Positions 44,120 to 53,900 are shown, counted from the stretch's first letter. The stretch is 64,000 nucleotides of DNA from Bacteroidales bacterium (GCA_024709145.1 JANJXG010000006.1:38550-102549); one strand, 5' to 3'. Numbers and translations are program-made. The notes: generated by a model not told the origin, from the letters alone.

Positions 44120-44127
44120 CAAAAATA
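44120..44127 (-). promoter_or_regulatory. -7 box (TATTTTTG, minus strand) upstream of arsR-like gene
   Basis: Plus strand caaaaata, 17 nt upstream of the ATG at 44103. Confidence 0.4.
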
Positions 44128-44132
44128 GTCAT

Positions 44133-44156
44133 TTACTGTTTATTTATTAACAGTAA
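44133..44156. promoter_or_regulatory. Perfect 8-8-8 inverted repeat, candidate ArsR operator
   Basis: TTACTGTT-tatttatt-AACAGTAA lies 30-53 bp upstream of the ArsR start, immediately upstream of the -7 box in the -13 to -36 region. Confidence 0.5.
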
Positions 44157-44274
44157 CATATATAAATATCTGTATGAAGTCATAATATAGAGCCAGTCTA
44201 AATTAAGGGCTGTGAAAATCCGACTGAATCTGATTAGAAAATACGCAACATGCAGATATGAAAAGAGATACGCT

Positions 44275-45915
44275 TTAAGCCACCGACAAATCAGTAAATT
44301 CAAAAGTGGATCCGTCGAAAAGGCCTTTGTCGCTCAGTTTGAGTTGGGGAATCACCAGCAAAGCCATGAATGAAAGTGTCATAAACGGTGCACGAAGAGT
44401 CGTACCTGTTTTTCTGGCCAGCTCGTCAGCTGATTCGTAGGCTTTGGCAACTTCAAAGGCATTCTCGGGTGACATAAGTCCGGCCACGGGTAAGGGCAGT
44501 AATGCCTTTTCTTCAGGCGTCAGTGCGATGATGCCGCCTTTTACTGAAATCAGCTGGTTGATTGCATCCACAATGAGCTTGTCGTCCGAACCGCAGGCTA
44601 TGATATTGTGGCTGTCGTGGGCAACGGTTGAAGCCAAAGCTCCGTTTTTTATCCCGGTATTCTTAATCAGAGCTATGGCAGGGGGAGTTTTTTTGTAGCG
44701 GTTCATCACCACAAGTTTGAGGTAATCACGCTCAGTATCGTTTTGTATCATACCATCCTTTATCAAAGGTGTATCAATGATTGTTTCAGTAATCAATTGT
44801 CCTTCAATAGCCTTGATAATTTTAACCTGCTTGCCTTTCGAAGCCAATTGGATGTCATCCACTTTAATGTGGTCCGCTTCAAAGCAATTTGGTGTTTCAG
44901 AAATGGGAGGTGTTATGAGACTTTGACCGTTTTCTGCAACTTTTTCACCTGAAACATAAGTAGCCAGGATATTGAAATTTTCGAGCGAGTCAACAACAAT
45001 CAAATCAGCAGGATCGCCTTCCTGCAGCAATCCAACCGGTAAGTGATAATGATTTATTGGGTTAAGGATGCAGCTTTTCAACACTTGCAGGGGGTCATAT
45101 CCCAAGGATATTGCCTTTTTAACCAATTGGTTGATATGACCTTTAACCAAATCGTCGGGATGTTTATCATCACTGCAAAAAAGCACTGACTCAGGATGTG
45201 TGGCCAAAAGGGGTATGAGTTCATCAAAATTTTTGGCAGCGCTGCCCTCCCTAATCTGAATTTTCATGCCAAATGCGATTTTCTCCAATGCCTCCTGCAA
45301 AGAAAAACATTCGTGATCAGTAGTTATACCGGCTTCGATATAGGCTTTTGCATCCATGCCTCTCAGTCCGGGTGCGTGGCCATCCACAGGTTTACCATAT
45401 TTTTTTGCCACAGCAAGTTTGGCATGCACTTCTTCATTGTTATATATCACCCCTGGGTAATTCATCATTTCGGCCATATAACGAATGTCGGGTCGCTGAA
45501 GGAGGGTTTCCATGGCATCAACGCCAAGCACAGCCCCTGACGACTCAAAAGGGGTAGCCGGAACACAACTTGGTGCACCAAAGAAAAACTTGAACGGGAC
45601 AGTATTTCCGTTTTCAATCATAAACTCTACACCTTTGATGCCCAATACATTGGCGATTTCGTGTGGGTCAGAAACCGTTGCAACAGTGCCGTGTATAACA
45701 GCTAAAGCTGCAAATGCTGCCGGGGTAAGCATTGAGCTTTCGATGTGGATGTGCGCGTCAATCAAGCCTGGAAGAAGGAAGTTGTTTGAGGGAACTTCTT
45801 CGGCGACAATGCGTTGAATTTTGCCATTTTGAATGGTGATTGTTCCTGGAAAAATCCGGTCGTGTAGCAGGTCAACGATCTGTCCGCTCAGGGTGATATT
45901 ATCAAGGTTTTTCAT
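44275..45915 (-). CDS. ade: Adenine deaminase
   Basis: LLPGLIDAHIHIESSML and the DGHAPG and amidohydrolase motifs. Start set to ATG 45915 (MKNLDN...) because the track's TTG at 45939 lies inside the promoter box. Confidence 0.85.
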   Translation of the reverse strand: MKNLDNITLSGQIVDLLHDRIFPGTITIQNGKIQRIVAEEVPSNNFLLPGLIDAHIHIESSMLTPAAFAALAVIHGTVATVSDPHEIANVLGIKGVEFMIENGNTVPFKFFFGAPSCVPATPFESSGAVLGVDAMETLLQRPDIRYMAEMMNYPGVIYNNEEVHAKLAVAKKYGKPVDGHAPGLRGMDAKAYIEAGITTDHECFSLQEALEKIAFGMKIQIREGSAAKNFDELIPLLATHPESVLFCSDDKHPDDLVKGHINQLVKKAISLGYDPLQVLKSCILNPINHYHLPVGLLQEGDPADLIVVDSLENFNILATYVSGEKVAENGQSLITPPISETPNCFEADHIKVDDIQLASKGKQVKIIKAIEGQLITETIIDTPLIKDGMIQNDTERDYLKLVVMNRYKKTPPAIALIKNTGIKNGALASTVAHDSHNIIACGSDDKLIVDAINQLISVKGGIIALTPEEKALLPLPVAGLMSPENAFEVAKAYESADELARKTGTTLRAPFMTLSFMALLVIPQLKLSDKGLFDGSTFEFTDLSVA

Positions 45916-45936
45916 AGAATGATGCTTTAATTCAGG

Positions 45937-45944
45937 CAAAGATA
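45937..45944 (-). promoter_or_regulatory. -7 box (TATCTTTG, minus strand) upstream of ade
   Basis: Plus strand caaagata, 22 nt upstream of the ATG at 45915. Confidence 0.45.
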
Positions 45945-45990
45945 AGGCTTCGGAACTGTTTTTAAAAATTTCAACTCTTTTGGTGTCAAA

Positions 45991-48354
45991 TCAGAGCAGG
46001 TCGCCGATTTTCATCCCGAAATAAATTGTGCGGGGTAGGGCAGGGCCATAAACATAGGCCGGATCTCGGTCGGCTCCCCGGTCAAAGTCATGCTGATATG
46101 CATTAAAAACGTTTTTTATTCCGGCATAAACATTTAACCTGGTGGTGTTTAGCTTGATGCTGTATGACAATTTCAATCCAAGATCGGTAAAACTTTTACT
46201 TGTTCTTAATTCACCAACATCAGGATTCTTGATCGCTGGTCCAAAATAGCTGATCAGCATGGGGCCTGTATAAGTTCCCGACAATGCCAGTGTCCAGTCT
46301 TCTGCAAAGGTCCAGTCCATGGTTAAAAATCCATGCAGGTCAGGCGTACGTAGAAATCGTCTTTCACCAAAATCCTGAGCCTCGCTGTAAATGCTTTTTT
46401 GTAACGTAAAACCAACAGTGGTGTTCAAAAGGGTAAAAGGCACCCAATTTATTTCAGTATTAAGGCCATACACGCTGGCCGTCCCATGAGCGTTGTTGCG
46501 GGTGTAAACAACAAGTCCGGTGGAGTCGGGCAGACCGAACTGATTGACAAAAGGATCTTTGAGTCTGGTATAAAAGACTTCAGTCAGTATGTAAAGAGCC
46601 GATTTACGCTTATTAAAGGTGGCATCAACCGAGGCCATCAGGCTTTGACCAGTTTCCTGCTTTAGTCCTGGAGCGTTGATATGAATGACCTTGCGGGCTG
46701 AGGAAGCCTCAATATGTAAATCTTCATCAAAAATCTGTGGAGGTCTGAAGCCGCCTGAATAGCTAAGTCTGGCCTGGAAAACAGGACTGATGGCTGCCAT
46801 CAGGTTGATTCGGGGTGACAACACTGTGCCCATAACAGGGAGTTCATCTTCCAACAAATCACCAATCTTGTAATGATCCAATCGAAGCCCGGCTGTGTAG
46901 CTTAACCAGTTTTTTTTCTGTTCAAACTGAAAAAACGCAGCTGAGTTGCTTCTTTGTTGATAAGCTGTAACCACCGAGGGTACAAAGGTTTGAATGCTGT
47001 CGTTTAAGTGATTTGCAGTGCGCTCAGTGTAGCCTTTTTTTCTGTCTTTGAGCCGACTCCCTGATAGGTCAAAGCCAGCCGAAAGTTTTACCGAACGAAG
47101 TTTGGTTTTGTATTGAATACCTGCATTGTATGTGAAATCCGTGGTTTCGCCATAGTCGGCAAGTGATTGGTTTGCGCCATAATAGGAATCCCTTAGCACT
47201 GATTGGCCGGCAGCAAAAACCGAAACCATGCTTTCGTGCTGAAGAAAATGGTCGATACTAAGGCCGCCGGAATGGATCTTATGCCTCAACGACTCGGCTA
47301 TGTCTGCTTCATGTTCAGGAAGTTCGAGTTTATTGCCGCCGCGTCTGAATTCAGAAACATGAAAATAGTCCAGCGTAAGTTTGGTACTTTCACTAAAACG
47401 ATGAAAAATTCTTGAGCCTAAACTGGTGTTTTTCAAGGCTGTGAGCTCTGTAAACCGGTCTCCATTAACATCAAGTGCTTCACGGGTGCGGTTGAACCCA
47501 AAAACAGAAAGTCCCGTTTGATGGTCATCGGAAACCACAGAGGCTGAGAAATTGTAACCTACATCTTTTGAAGGTTTTACGTCATTTCCAAGCCCTGTTC
47601 CGTTGAGTAAAAAATCGCTTCCGGCTTCCCATCGGTTCTGTAACGGCTCTTTCAACCGCAGATTAATGCTGCCTGCAATGGCATTGCCACTGTTGAAAAC
47701 CGAGCCGCCTCCCCGAACGACTTCGACTTTGTCAATCATCGAAGCCGGAATGAGTTCGAGTCCGTAAACTGCAGCCAAACCGCTGAAAATGGCTTTTCCG
47801 TTGATAAGAATTTCGGAATATGGCCCTTCCATGCCATTCAGTCTCACTTGTGAAAAACCGCAGTTCGAGCAATTCGTTTCCAGTCTTAATCCCGAACAAT
47901 AGTTCAGTCCTTCACCCAATGTAAGTGATTGAGTGTTGCTAAATAATTGGGCATCAATACTATTAATGATAATGGATGATTCTGACCGGCTGCTGCTTTC
48001 AAGCTTACCGGTTACTATAACTTCATCTAGTTTCAAGGCATCAGGTTCAAGATCAAAGTTGATCTCCAGGGTTCGGTTACTTTCGGCGAAAAGATGGATT
48101 TCCTGTGTGCGGTAGCCTACAAATGACGCAACGAGGGTGATTTTTCCAACAGGAACATGCAAAAGGCGGTAATGCCCGGTTTGATCGGTGGCAGTACCCA
48201 GCGCCGTCCCTTTGATTGCGATGCTGACAAACGGAAGGTGTTCGCCTTTTGAAACAACATGTCCGATGATATTCGCATCGGTTTTATTTTGAGAAAACAA
48301 GGCTCCTGCAATAAATATTAAATGGAGAAACAGTATTGAAATCTTTCTTTTCAT
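45991..48354 (-). CDS. TonB-dependent receptor (CarboxypepD_reg N-domain + plug + barrel)
   Basis: Signal peptide, IIGHVVSKGEHLPFVSIAIKGT..TDQTGHY (CarboxypepD_reg), plug LDEVIVTGK..., and a C-terminal ...IYFGMKIGDLL barrel terminus. Confidence 0.85.
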   Translation of the reverse strand: MKRKISILFLHLIFIAGALFSQNKTDANIIGHVVSKGEHLPFVSIAIKGTALGTATDQTGHYRLLHVPVGKITLVASFVGYRTQEIHLFAESNRTLEINFDLEPDALKLDEVIVTGKLESSSRSESSIIINSIDAQLFSNTQSLTLGEGLNYCSGLRLETNCSNCGFSQVRLNGMEGPYSEILINGKAIFSGLAAVYGLELIPASMIDKVEVVRGGGSVFNSGNAIAGSINLRLKEPLQNRWEAGSDFLLNGTGLGNDVKPSKDVGYNFSASVVSDDHQTGLSVFGFNRTREALDVNGDRFTELTALKNTSLGSRIFHRFSESTKLTLDYFHVSEFRRGGNKLELPEHEADIAESLRHKIHSGGLSIDHFLQHESMVSVFAAGQSVLRDSYYGANQSLADYGETTDFTYNAGIQYKTKLRSVKLSAGFDLSGSRLKDRKKGYTERTANHLNDSIQTFVPSVVTAYQQRSNSAAFFQFEQKKNWLSYTAGLRLDHYKIGDLLEDELPVMGTVLSPRINLMAAISPVFQARLSYSGGFRPPQIFDEDLHIEASSARKVIHINAPGLKQETGQSLMASVDATFNKRKSALYILTEVFYTRLKDPFVNQFGLPDSTGLVVYTRNNAHGTASVYGLNTEINWVPFTLLNTTVGFTLQKSIYSEAQDFGERRFLRTPDLHGFLTMDWTFAEDWTLALSGTYTGPMLISYFGPAIKNPDVGELRTSKSFTDLGLKLSYSIKLNTTRLNVYAGIKNVFNAYQHDFDRGADRDPAYVYGPALPRTIYFGMKIGDLL

Positions 48355-48445
48355 CTGTGATTGATTATAGCGATTAGGAATATAAACTATACGAATTCAA
48401 TGCGTTAGTGCAATGAAACAAGAAATAACCAGAAAAGATTTTGGA

Positions 48446-48820
48446 CTATTGCAAGAAAAAAGAAGGAGGGGCTTTATTCACCCCAAAAGGTAAAGGAAAT
48501 GCTACGGATAAGCTTGTTTTGGTGGCTGTTTGAATGATCTGAAAGGTGTCACCTGCTAAAATAAGTATTAAAAACAGAATACTGGCCGTAACAGTAATTT
48601 GACTCAACAGCTGTATCAATAAAAGGCTTTCAACCGAATGACTGTGCTTCCCGGCGCTGTCATTGAAGGGGTGAGAATGGGTAACCCGGATACCATTAAT
48701 TTCATGGCTGTGATAGAAAAGGCTTACACTTCCTGCATAAACTAGAAAAAGCAGGAGCAACGCAAGTGACGGAAGGCGAGTGTGAAATAGGTTTTTCATG
48801 TCCGGCAGCAAAAATATCAA
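48446..48820 (-). CDS. Small two-helix membrane protein with triple HSH motif
   Basis: Track ORF of 124 aa with a TTG start; Met8 (MKNLFHTRLPSLALLLL...) is the likelier start. Between two hydrophobic helices lies HSHEINGIRVTHSHPFNDSAGKHSHSVE. It sits 91 nt upstream of the TonB receptor on the same strand. Confidence 0.55.
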   Translation of the reverse strand: MIFLLPDMKNLFHTRLPSLALLLLFLVYAGSVSLFYHSHEINGIRVTHSHPFNDSAGKHSHSVESLLLIQLLSQITVTASILFLILILAGDTFQIIQTATKTSLSVAFPLPFGVNKAPPSFFLQ

Positions 48821-48997
48821 AAGGTTATCGGCTTTGACGTTAAAAAATGGTTAAAGACTTAAAACAATCCTTCAAAGAAAAAAAAGGCCTTGAATTTCTG
48901 TGGGAGACACGAGATAATTATTTAATTTTATTGTCCCTGATCTATCCTTTGAAAAATTCTTTAGTAACTGATCAACAATAAATTAAATCTCATTCTC

Positions 48998-49759
48998 ATG
49001 CAAAAACAATGGTATGAATTGCTATTTGAAAACTATGCGGAAAAGTACGACAGCGAGGTATTTGTCAAAGGTACCTTGGGAGAATGTGATTTTTTAGAGC
49101 GCGAATTTGAATATGACAAGCAGATTCGTATACTTGATATTGGTTGTGGCACCGGAAGGCACAGCATTGAGTTGTCGCGCAGAGGATATGATGTTACAGG
49201 GATCGACTTGTCACTGAATTTATTGCAGAAGGCAAAGGAGAAGAGCCTTGAAGAGGGGCTTCACATCGATTTTTTACAGGCTGATGCAAGAAATCTTCCT
49301 TTCGTGAAAGAGTTTGACGCAGCAATTATGCTTTGTGAAGGTGGTTTTCCGCTGATGGAAACTGATGAAATGAATTTTCAGATTCTCGAGCAGGCGACCA
49401 AAGCCATCAAGCCAGGTGGGAAATTGATCTTTACTACGCTCAATGGTCTTTTCCCGCTTTACCACTCTGTTGAAGCATTTTGCGCGGCTTCGGCCGGCGA
49501 AGGAACAGCTACTTACAGAAGTAATTCTTTCGATCTGATGACATTCCGAGATCATAATATAACCGAGATTGAGGACGATGACGGGCAAAAAATGAGCCTA
49601 GACTGCAACGAGCGATATTATGTGCCAAGCGAAATCACTTGGCTGCTGAAGTCACTCGGTTTCACGAAGGTTGAAATTTTTGGAGCTAAGTTGGGAGCCT
49701 TCTCCAGGGAAGATAAACTCACAACTGAAGATTTTGAAATGCTCGTGATAGCCTCCTGA
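48998..49759 (+). CDS. Class I SAM-dependent methyltransferase
   Basis: ILDIGCGTGRHSIELSRRGYDVTGIDLS (motif I and post-I) and the PGGKLIFTT motif. Confidence 0.8.
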   Translation: MQKQWYELLFENYAEKYDSEVFVKGTLGECDFLEREFEYDKQIRILDIGCGTGRHSIELSRRGYDVTGIDLSLNLLQKAKEKSLEEGLHIDFLQADARNLPFVKEFDAAIMLCEGGFPLMETDEMNFQILEQATKAIKPGGKLIFTTLNGLFPLYHSVEAFCAASAGEGTATYRSNSFDLMTFRDHNITEIEDDDGQKMSLDCNERYYVPSEITWLLKSLGFTKVEIFGAKLGAFSREDKLTTEDFEMLVIAS

Positions 49760-49807
49760 TTTGGGATCTGAAACATTTGATAAATCTTCACAAACAATTT
49801 ATGAATT

Positions 49808-50188
49808 ATGGGACTTTTTTCGGCACTCATCGGAAACGCAGGTAGCATTGATCGAGAGGTTATTTTGAAAGATTATTCAAGACTTCTGATCACTGGTGAA
49901 GACATAGAACTGGGTTTCAAACTTATCAGGGATGTTTATATTTTTACGAGCAAGAGATTGATTTTAATTGAAAAGCAAGGCCTAACCGGAAGTAAAATCG
50001 ACTACAAATCAATTGCTTACAAATCCATAACTCGTTTTAGTATCGAAACAGCAGGTCCGTTTGACCTTGAAGCGGAGCTTAAAATTTGGGTATCGAGCGA
50101 GCAACTGCCCAGCATCGTAAAGCAATTCAACCGGTCGGTTGATGTTTATGAAGTGCAACGCGTGCTTGCAACCTATGTCCTTGCTTAG
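49808..50188 (+). CDS. Bacterial PH-domain (YokE-like) protein
   Basis: 126 aa. LLITGEDIELGFKLIRDVYIFTSKRLILIEKQG...YKSITRFSIET is the bPH fold pattern. Confidence 0.55.
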   Translation: MGLFSALIGNAGSIDREVILKDYSRLLITGEDIELGFKLIRDVYIFTSKRLILIEKQGLTGSKIDYKSIAYKSITRFSIETAGPFDLEAELKIWVSSEQLPSIVKQFNRSVDVYEVQRVLATYVLA

Positions 50189-50247
50189 CCGGGTATACAA
50201 AAATCAGGTTATACACACCAAAAACCTTTGCTGCAACTTTTCCATTG

Positions 50248-50255
50248 TATCTTTG
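50248..50255 (+). promoter_or_regulatory. -7 box (TATCTTTG) upstream of MFS gene
   Basis: Exact TAnnTTTG, 17 nt upstream of the ATG at 50272. It lies inside the track's TTG-initiated N-terminus. Confidence 0.4.
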
Positions 50256-50271
50256 CAAGCTGATTATCTAT

Positions 50272-51537
50272 ATGAAGCTTCATATAAGCCTGAGTTCTTT
50301 CCGTTATAAACTTACTTTCGCTTTCAGGGCACTGAAAATGCGTAATTTCAGGTTGTTTTTCTATGCAGGGATGGTTTCTTTGATGGGCACCTGGATTCAG
50401 AATCTGGCACTCGGATGGCTTGTTTACAAACTCACCGATTCTGCATTTTACCTCGGTTTGGTAGGTTTTGCCGGACAAATTCCTGCACTTGTGCTCACGC
50501 CGGTTGCTGGTGTTTATTCTGACAGACTCAATCGCCGAAATGTATTAATGCTGACCCAGTTCGTGCCCATGGTTTTGGCTTTTGTTCTTTCATTTCTGGT
50601 CTTTACCGACAAGGTAAGCATCACACTGGTGCTTATCATTGTGATGTTCAATGGCTTAGCTCTTGCTTTCGATACACCTTTCCGACATGCATTCCTCATG
50701 GAAATGATTGGTGATAAGCGACTTATATCCAATGCAGTAGCTCTTAATTCAACGCTTGTAAACACAGCCCGTTTCATTGGCCCAACACTTGGTGGGCTGC
50801 TCATTGCCTTGTTTGGGGAAGCTGTTTGTTTCGTCATCAATGGCATTTCGTTTATGGCTATGTTGTGGGCACTTTTCAGTATGAAAGTTCCTGTCTATCA
50901 GCGTAACAAGCCACAAAGATCGGTGATGGCCGATCTGGTGGCCGGTTTCAGCTACACCTGGAATTTTAAGCCCGCAAGGTACATGATCATGCTTGTCACT
51001 GTCACCAGCGTTTTTGGATTGCCTTTTCAGGCATTTTTACCCGTATTTGCCCGGGATATTCTTGCAGGTGAATCTCAATTGCTTGGATTTCTTACCGGTG
51101 CAGTTGGTGCCGGTGCACTCACGGGCGCGATGTACCTTGCAACCCGCGAAGGTGTGCAGAAAATCCCTGCAATTATTCGCTTCTCGGCATTGCTTTTCGC
51201 TGTTGGATTGTTTGTTTTCAGCCTGTCATCCAATCAGATGCTTTCGGTAATTGTACTATTTTTCAGTGGTTTTGGGATGATAACACAGTTTTCTGCCACA
51301 AATACGCTCCTCCAAACCGTTGTTGACGAAAATATACGCGGAAGGGTCCTTTCATTTTACAGCATGTCTTTTATGGGCTTCACTCCCATCGGAAGCCTGT
51401 TGCTGGGGACAATGGCCGATTATTTTGGTGTTTCAAACACATTCACCATTGCCTCGCTGGTGCTGCTGTTTGCCGCACTGTTGTTTTCAGCACGGATGAA
51501 AACGATTCGCAGCACCCTGAGCCTGCCAAGCCATTGA
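50272..51537 (+). CDS. MFS transporter (MFS_3/EntS-like)
   Basis: RNFRLFFYAGMVSLMGTWIQNLALGWLVY start motif, about 12 TM helices, and D-R-x-N-R-R in loop 2-3 (YSDRLNRRN). The start may be ATG 50272 or ATG 50341. Confidence 0.8.
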   Translation: MKLHISLSSFRYKLTFAFRALKMRNFRLFFYAGMVSLMGTWIQNLALGWLVYKLTDSAFYLGLVGFAGQIPALVLTPVAGVYSDRLNRRNVLMLTQFVPMVLAFVLSFLVFTDKVSITLVLIIVMFNGLALAFDTPFRHAFLMEMIGDKRLISNAVALNSTLVNTARFIGPTLGGLLIALFGEAVCFVINGISFMAMLWALFSMKVPVYQRNKPQRSVMADLVAGFSYTWNFKPARYMIMLVTVTSVFGLPFQAFLPVFARDILAGESQLLGFLTGAVGAGALTGAMYLATREGVQKIPAIIRFSALLFAVGLFVFSLSSNQMLSVIVLFFSGFGMITQFSATNTLLQTVVDENIRGRVLSFYSMSFMGFTPIGSLLLGTMADYFGVSNTFTIASLVLLFAALLFSARMKTIRSTLSLPSH

Positions 51538-51618
51538 GAGTAACCCAACCGGTGAAAATTCGTCAGCGGAATTTGCCTGTTGAGAGCGAAGTGGTATATT
51601 TACAAAAAATTTTTACGC

Positions 51619-52749
51619 ATGAACAAAGCTAAGACTGTTTACGTGCTTGACGCAGGTGGCACCGGATTTAAATTTTCTGCTGTCAGGGAGGGCAAAGAAA
51701 TTATTGAACCTTTTACGATTCCTGCCTCAGGAAGTAATCTGGATGAAGTGCTGCAAAAAATGATTGATGGTTTTTCAGCCATTTTGCAGCATACCAATGC
51801 AACTCCGGCGGCAATTAGTTTTTGCTTTCCAGGTCCTGCAGACTACGAAAACGGGGTGATTGGCGATCTTGAGAATTTGCCGCACTTCAGGGGAGGTATT
51901 GCGCTAAAGGCGATGCTTGAAAATCATTTTCATTGTCCGGTTTATATCAACAACGATGGCGATTTGTTTACTTATGGTGAAGCATTGGGTGGCTTGTTGC
52001 CCGAGATCAACCATTTGCTCGAGCAGCAAGGTAACCCAAAAAGATATAAGAATCTGATAGGAGTAACTTTAGGAACCGGATTTGGTGGTGGTATTGTGCT
52101 CGACGGAGTGTTATTGAGAGGTGATAACTCAGCGGGCGGTGAAATTAATCGCCTGCGAAACATGCTATATCCAAGAACCAGTGCCGAAGACAGCATTTCC
52201 ATCAGAGGCATAAAGAGGGTTTTTGCCCGTGAAGCCGGCATCGATCCGGCTGCCTGTCCCGATCCTTTCGGTATTTATGAAATTGCCATGGGTCGTAAAG
52301 ATGGCGACCAAAAAGCAGCGCTCAAAGCTTGGGACGAACTGGCTCAGGTGCTGGCAGATGCGATTGCAAATGCTGTATCTCTCATCGATGGATTGGTTGT
52401 TATTGGAGGTGGTTTGGCTGGTGCCTGGCCTGTTTTTATCGAGCCTTTGGTCAGGTACATGAATACACCCTTTCATGATCTGCAGGGTAAAGCAGTCGAT
52501 CGGCTTGAAATAAAAACTTTTAACCTGCAGGATTCAAGCGACCTGATTGCATTTACCGAAAAAACCGGTGTAATGGTCAGGGTTCCTAAAACCTCAAGGG
52601 AAGTTTGGCTGTGGTATGATCCAATCAAGAAAACGGGTGTAGGGATAAGTAAGCTGGGAACATCCTCGGCTGTAGCTATCGGAGCTTATGCATATGCCAT
52701 TGATCAATTGGATCGCGCAGCAGTTAGCCGAACTTTGGAATTGGGTTAG
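51619..52749 (+). CDS. ROK family sugar kinase/regulator-like protein
   Basis: VYVLDAGGTGFKF (phosphate-1), PVYINNDGDLFTYGE and LGTGFGGGIVLDG...AGGEI motifs. Start at ATG 51619. Confidence 0.7.
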   Translation: MNKAKTVYVLDAGGTGFKFSAVREGKEIIEPFTIPASGSNLDEVLQKMIDGFSAILQHTNATPAAISFCFPGPADYENGVIGDLENLPHFRGGIALKAMLENHFHCPVYINNDGDLFTYGEALGGLLPEINHLLEQQGNPKRYKNLIGVTLGTGFGGGIVLDGVLLRGDNSAGGEINRLRNMLYPRTSAEDSISIRGIKRVFAREAGIDPAACPDPFGIYEIAMGRKDGDQKAALKAWDELAQVLADAIANAVSLIDGLVVIGGGLAGAWPVFIEPLVRYMNTPFHDLQGKAVDRLEIKTFNLQDSSDLIAFTEKTGVMVRVPKTSREVWLWYDPIKKTGVGISKLGTSSAVAIGAYAYAIDQLDRAAVSRTLELG

Positions 52750-53216
52750 TCCTCCTTTTTTAGCAGTTCGAAATCAATTAATTCCCTGAGATTACCATTG
52801 CTATCAAGCTTTTTTGCCGTTCCGACTAACTTGATTTCGTTTTCTTTTTTCCAGATTATAGCGGAGAAAGCAGAGGCAGATCCAGGAATTTCGATGTAAT
52901 ACTGTGTGCCAAAACTACCGCTAACTTCTACATTGAACAGGTTGAGTATACCGGCACTTACCTTTAGCTGACCTTCCCTGTCCGTTAATTCTGCATAAGC
53001 AGCCTTATCTTTTGTTTCAGTATAGGTTGTGTCGTTGATGTATTTCAGGTGGTTTGCAGTCCCTTCATAGTTTCCAAGGATATCAATTTTTTGGCAATCT
53101 GTACACCAAAGCCACTTTGACTCTTCCTTTTTACAGCAGGTGATTGAAAGCGTCAGCCCAATCAATAGGAATACCTTTACGGCTATTCGATAAGGATAAA
53201 CCAATTGCTTCATCAT
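52746..53216 (-). CDS. Hypothetical lipoprotein
   Basis: Lipobox-like LSITCCKKEE after a hydrophobic leader. The start codon directly abuts the upstream stop. No family recognised. Confidence 0.5.
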   Translation of the reverse strand: MMKQLVYPYRIAVKVFLLIGLTLSITCCKKEESKWLWCTDCQKIDILGNYEGTANHLKYINDTTYTETKDKAAYAELTDREGQLKVSAGILNLFNVEVSGSFGTQYYIEIPGSASAFSAIIWKKENEIKLVGTAKKLDSNGNLRELIDFELLKKED

Positions 53217-53900
53217 TTATTTCGTGTAATGTTTTAAGGCTTCACGTTTACTAAGTCCCGAAAGTGGTTGTGATTGAACAAATTGAATCACAGATGCAGG
53301 ATTGGTTTTGGCATATTCCCTGAGCGACCAGCCAATGGCTTTGCGGATAAAAAACGCTTTGTGACCCGCCAACTTAGAGATCAAATCAAAAAGCAAATTC
53401 TCATCAGTTTTCGCTTTGGCCTTCAGTTGAAAAAGGAGGCAGCTCCGCTGAAGCCAGATATTATCGCTTTCCATCCACCGTTTGATAACAGGAGATTTCG
53501 TTTGAACAAAATGATCGAAATGAAACGAGACAAGGTGAGGTGCTATGTAATCTATGGTGTCCCACCACGATTTATTTGTGATCATTCGTTCATAGAGCTC
53601 AATCCTGAACTCATCGCTTGATTTTCTTGATTTGACTAAGAGCTCCATCGCTGCATATTGCATTTCCCGCATCGGATGTTTCCACGCTGAATCAATAATG
53701 ACATCTATTTCTGAGACTTCAGGCAGGCCATACTGTTTGATGAACGCTGCGATCAGCATTCTTCGATCAGGAGCTTTCAGGCCGTAAAACGATGAAATAT
53801 TTTTCATATAGGCCGCTGCTCCGGCGGCAATTTCGGGATCGCCCGCGTCGGAAAAAGCCTCCTCAAGCGGGAGTAGGTATGGATGCAGTCCGGATTTCAT
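53217..53900 (-). CDS. DNA alkylation repair (AlkD-like HEAT-repeat) protein
   Basis: 227 aa all-helical, ...FYGLKAPDRR...NKSWWDTIDYIAPHLV...FFIRKAIGWSLREY, typical of the DNA_alkylation family. ATGA overlap with the M1 peptidase stop. Confidence 0.7.
   Translation of the reverse strand: MKSGLHPYLLPLEEAFSDAGDPEIAAGAAAYMKNISSFYGLKAPDRRMLIAAFIKQYGLPEVSEIDVIIDSAWKHPMREMQYAAMELLVKSRKSSDEFRIELYERMITNKSWWDTIDYIAPHLVSFHFDHFVQTKSPVIKRWMESDNIWLQRSCLLFQLKAKAKTDENLLFDLISKLAGHKAFFIRKAIGWSLREYAKTNPASVIQFVQSQPLSGLSKREALKHYTK

Noticed and set aside
43801-48820. Idea that the HSH protein, TonB receptor, ade and arsR form one operon
   Set aside because: ade and arsR each have their own TAnnTTTG box close to their start codons (45937-45944 and 44120-44127). 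Adenine deaminase has no evident link to the receptor. Only the HSH/receptor pair is kept as a unit.
48776-48821. Apparent one-base register mismatch between my hand translation and the supplied ORF near the N-terminus of the HSH protein
   Set aside because: Downstream and upstream track coordinates check out, so this is most likely my counting error rather than a frameshift. Re-translating 48446-48821 would settle it. If real, it would make the gene a frameshifted pseudogene.
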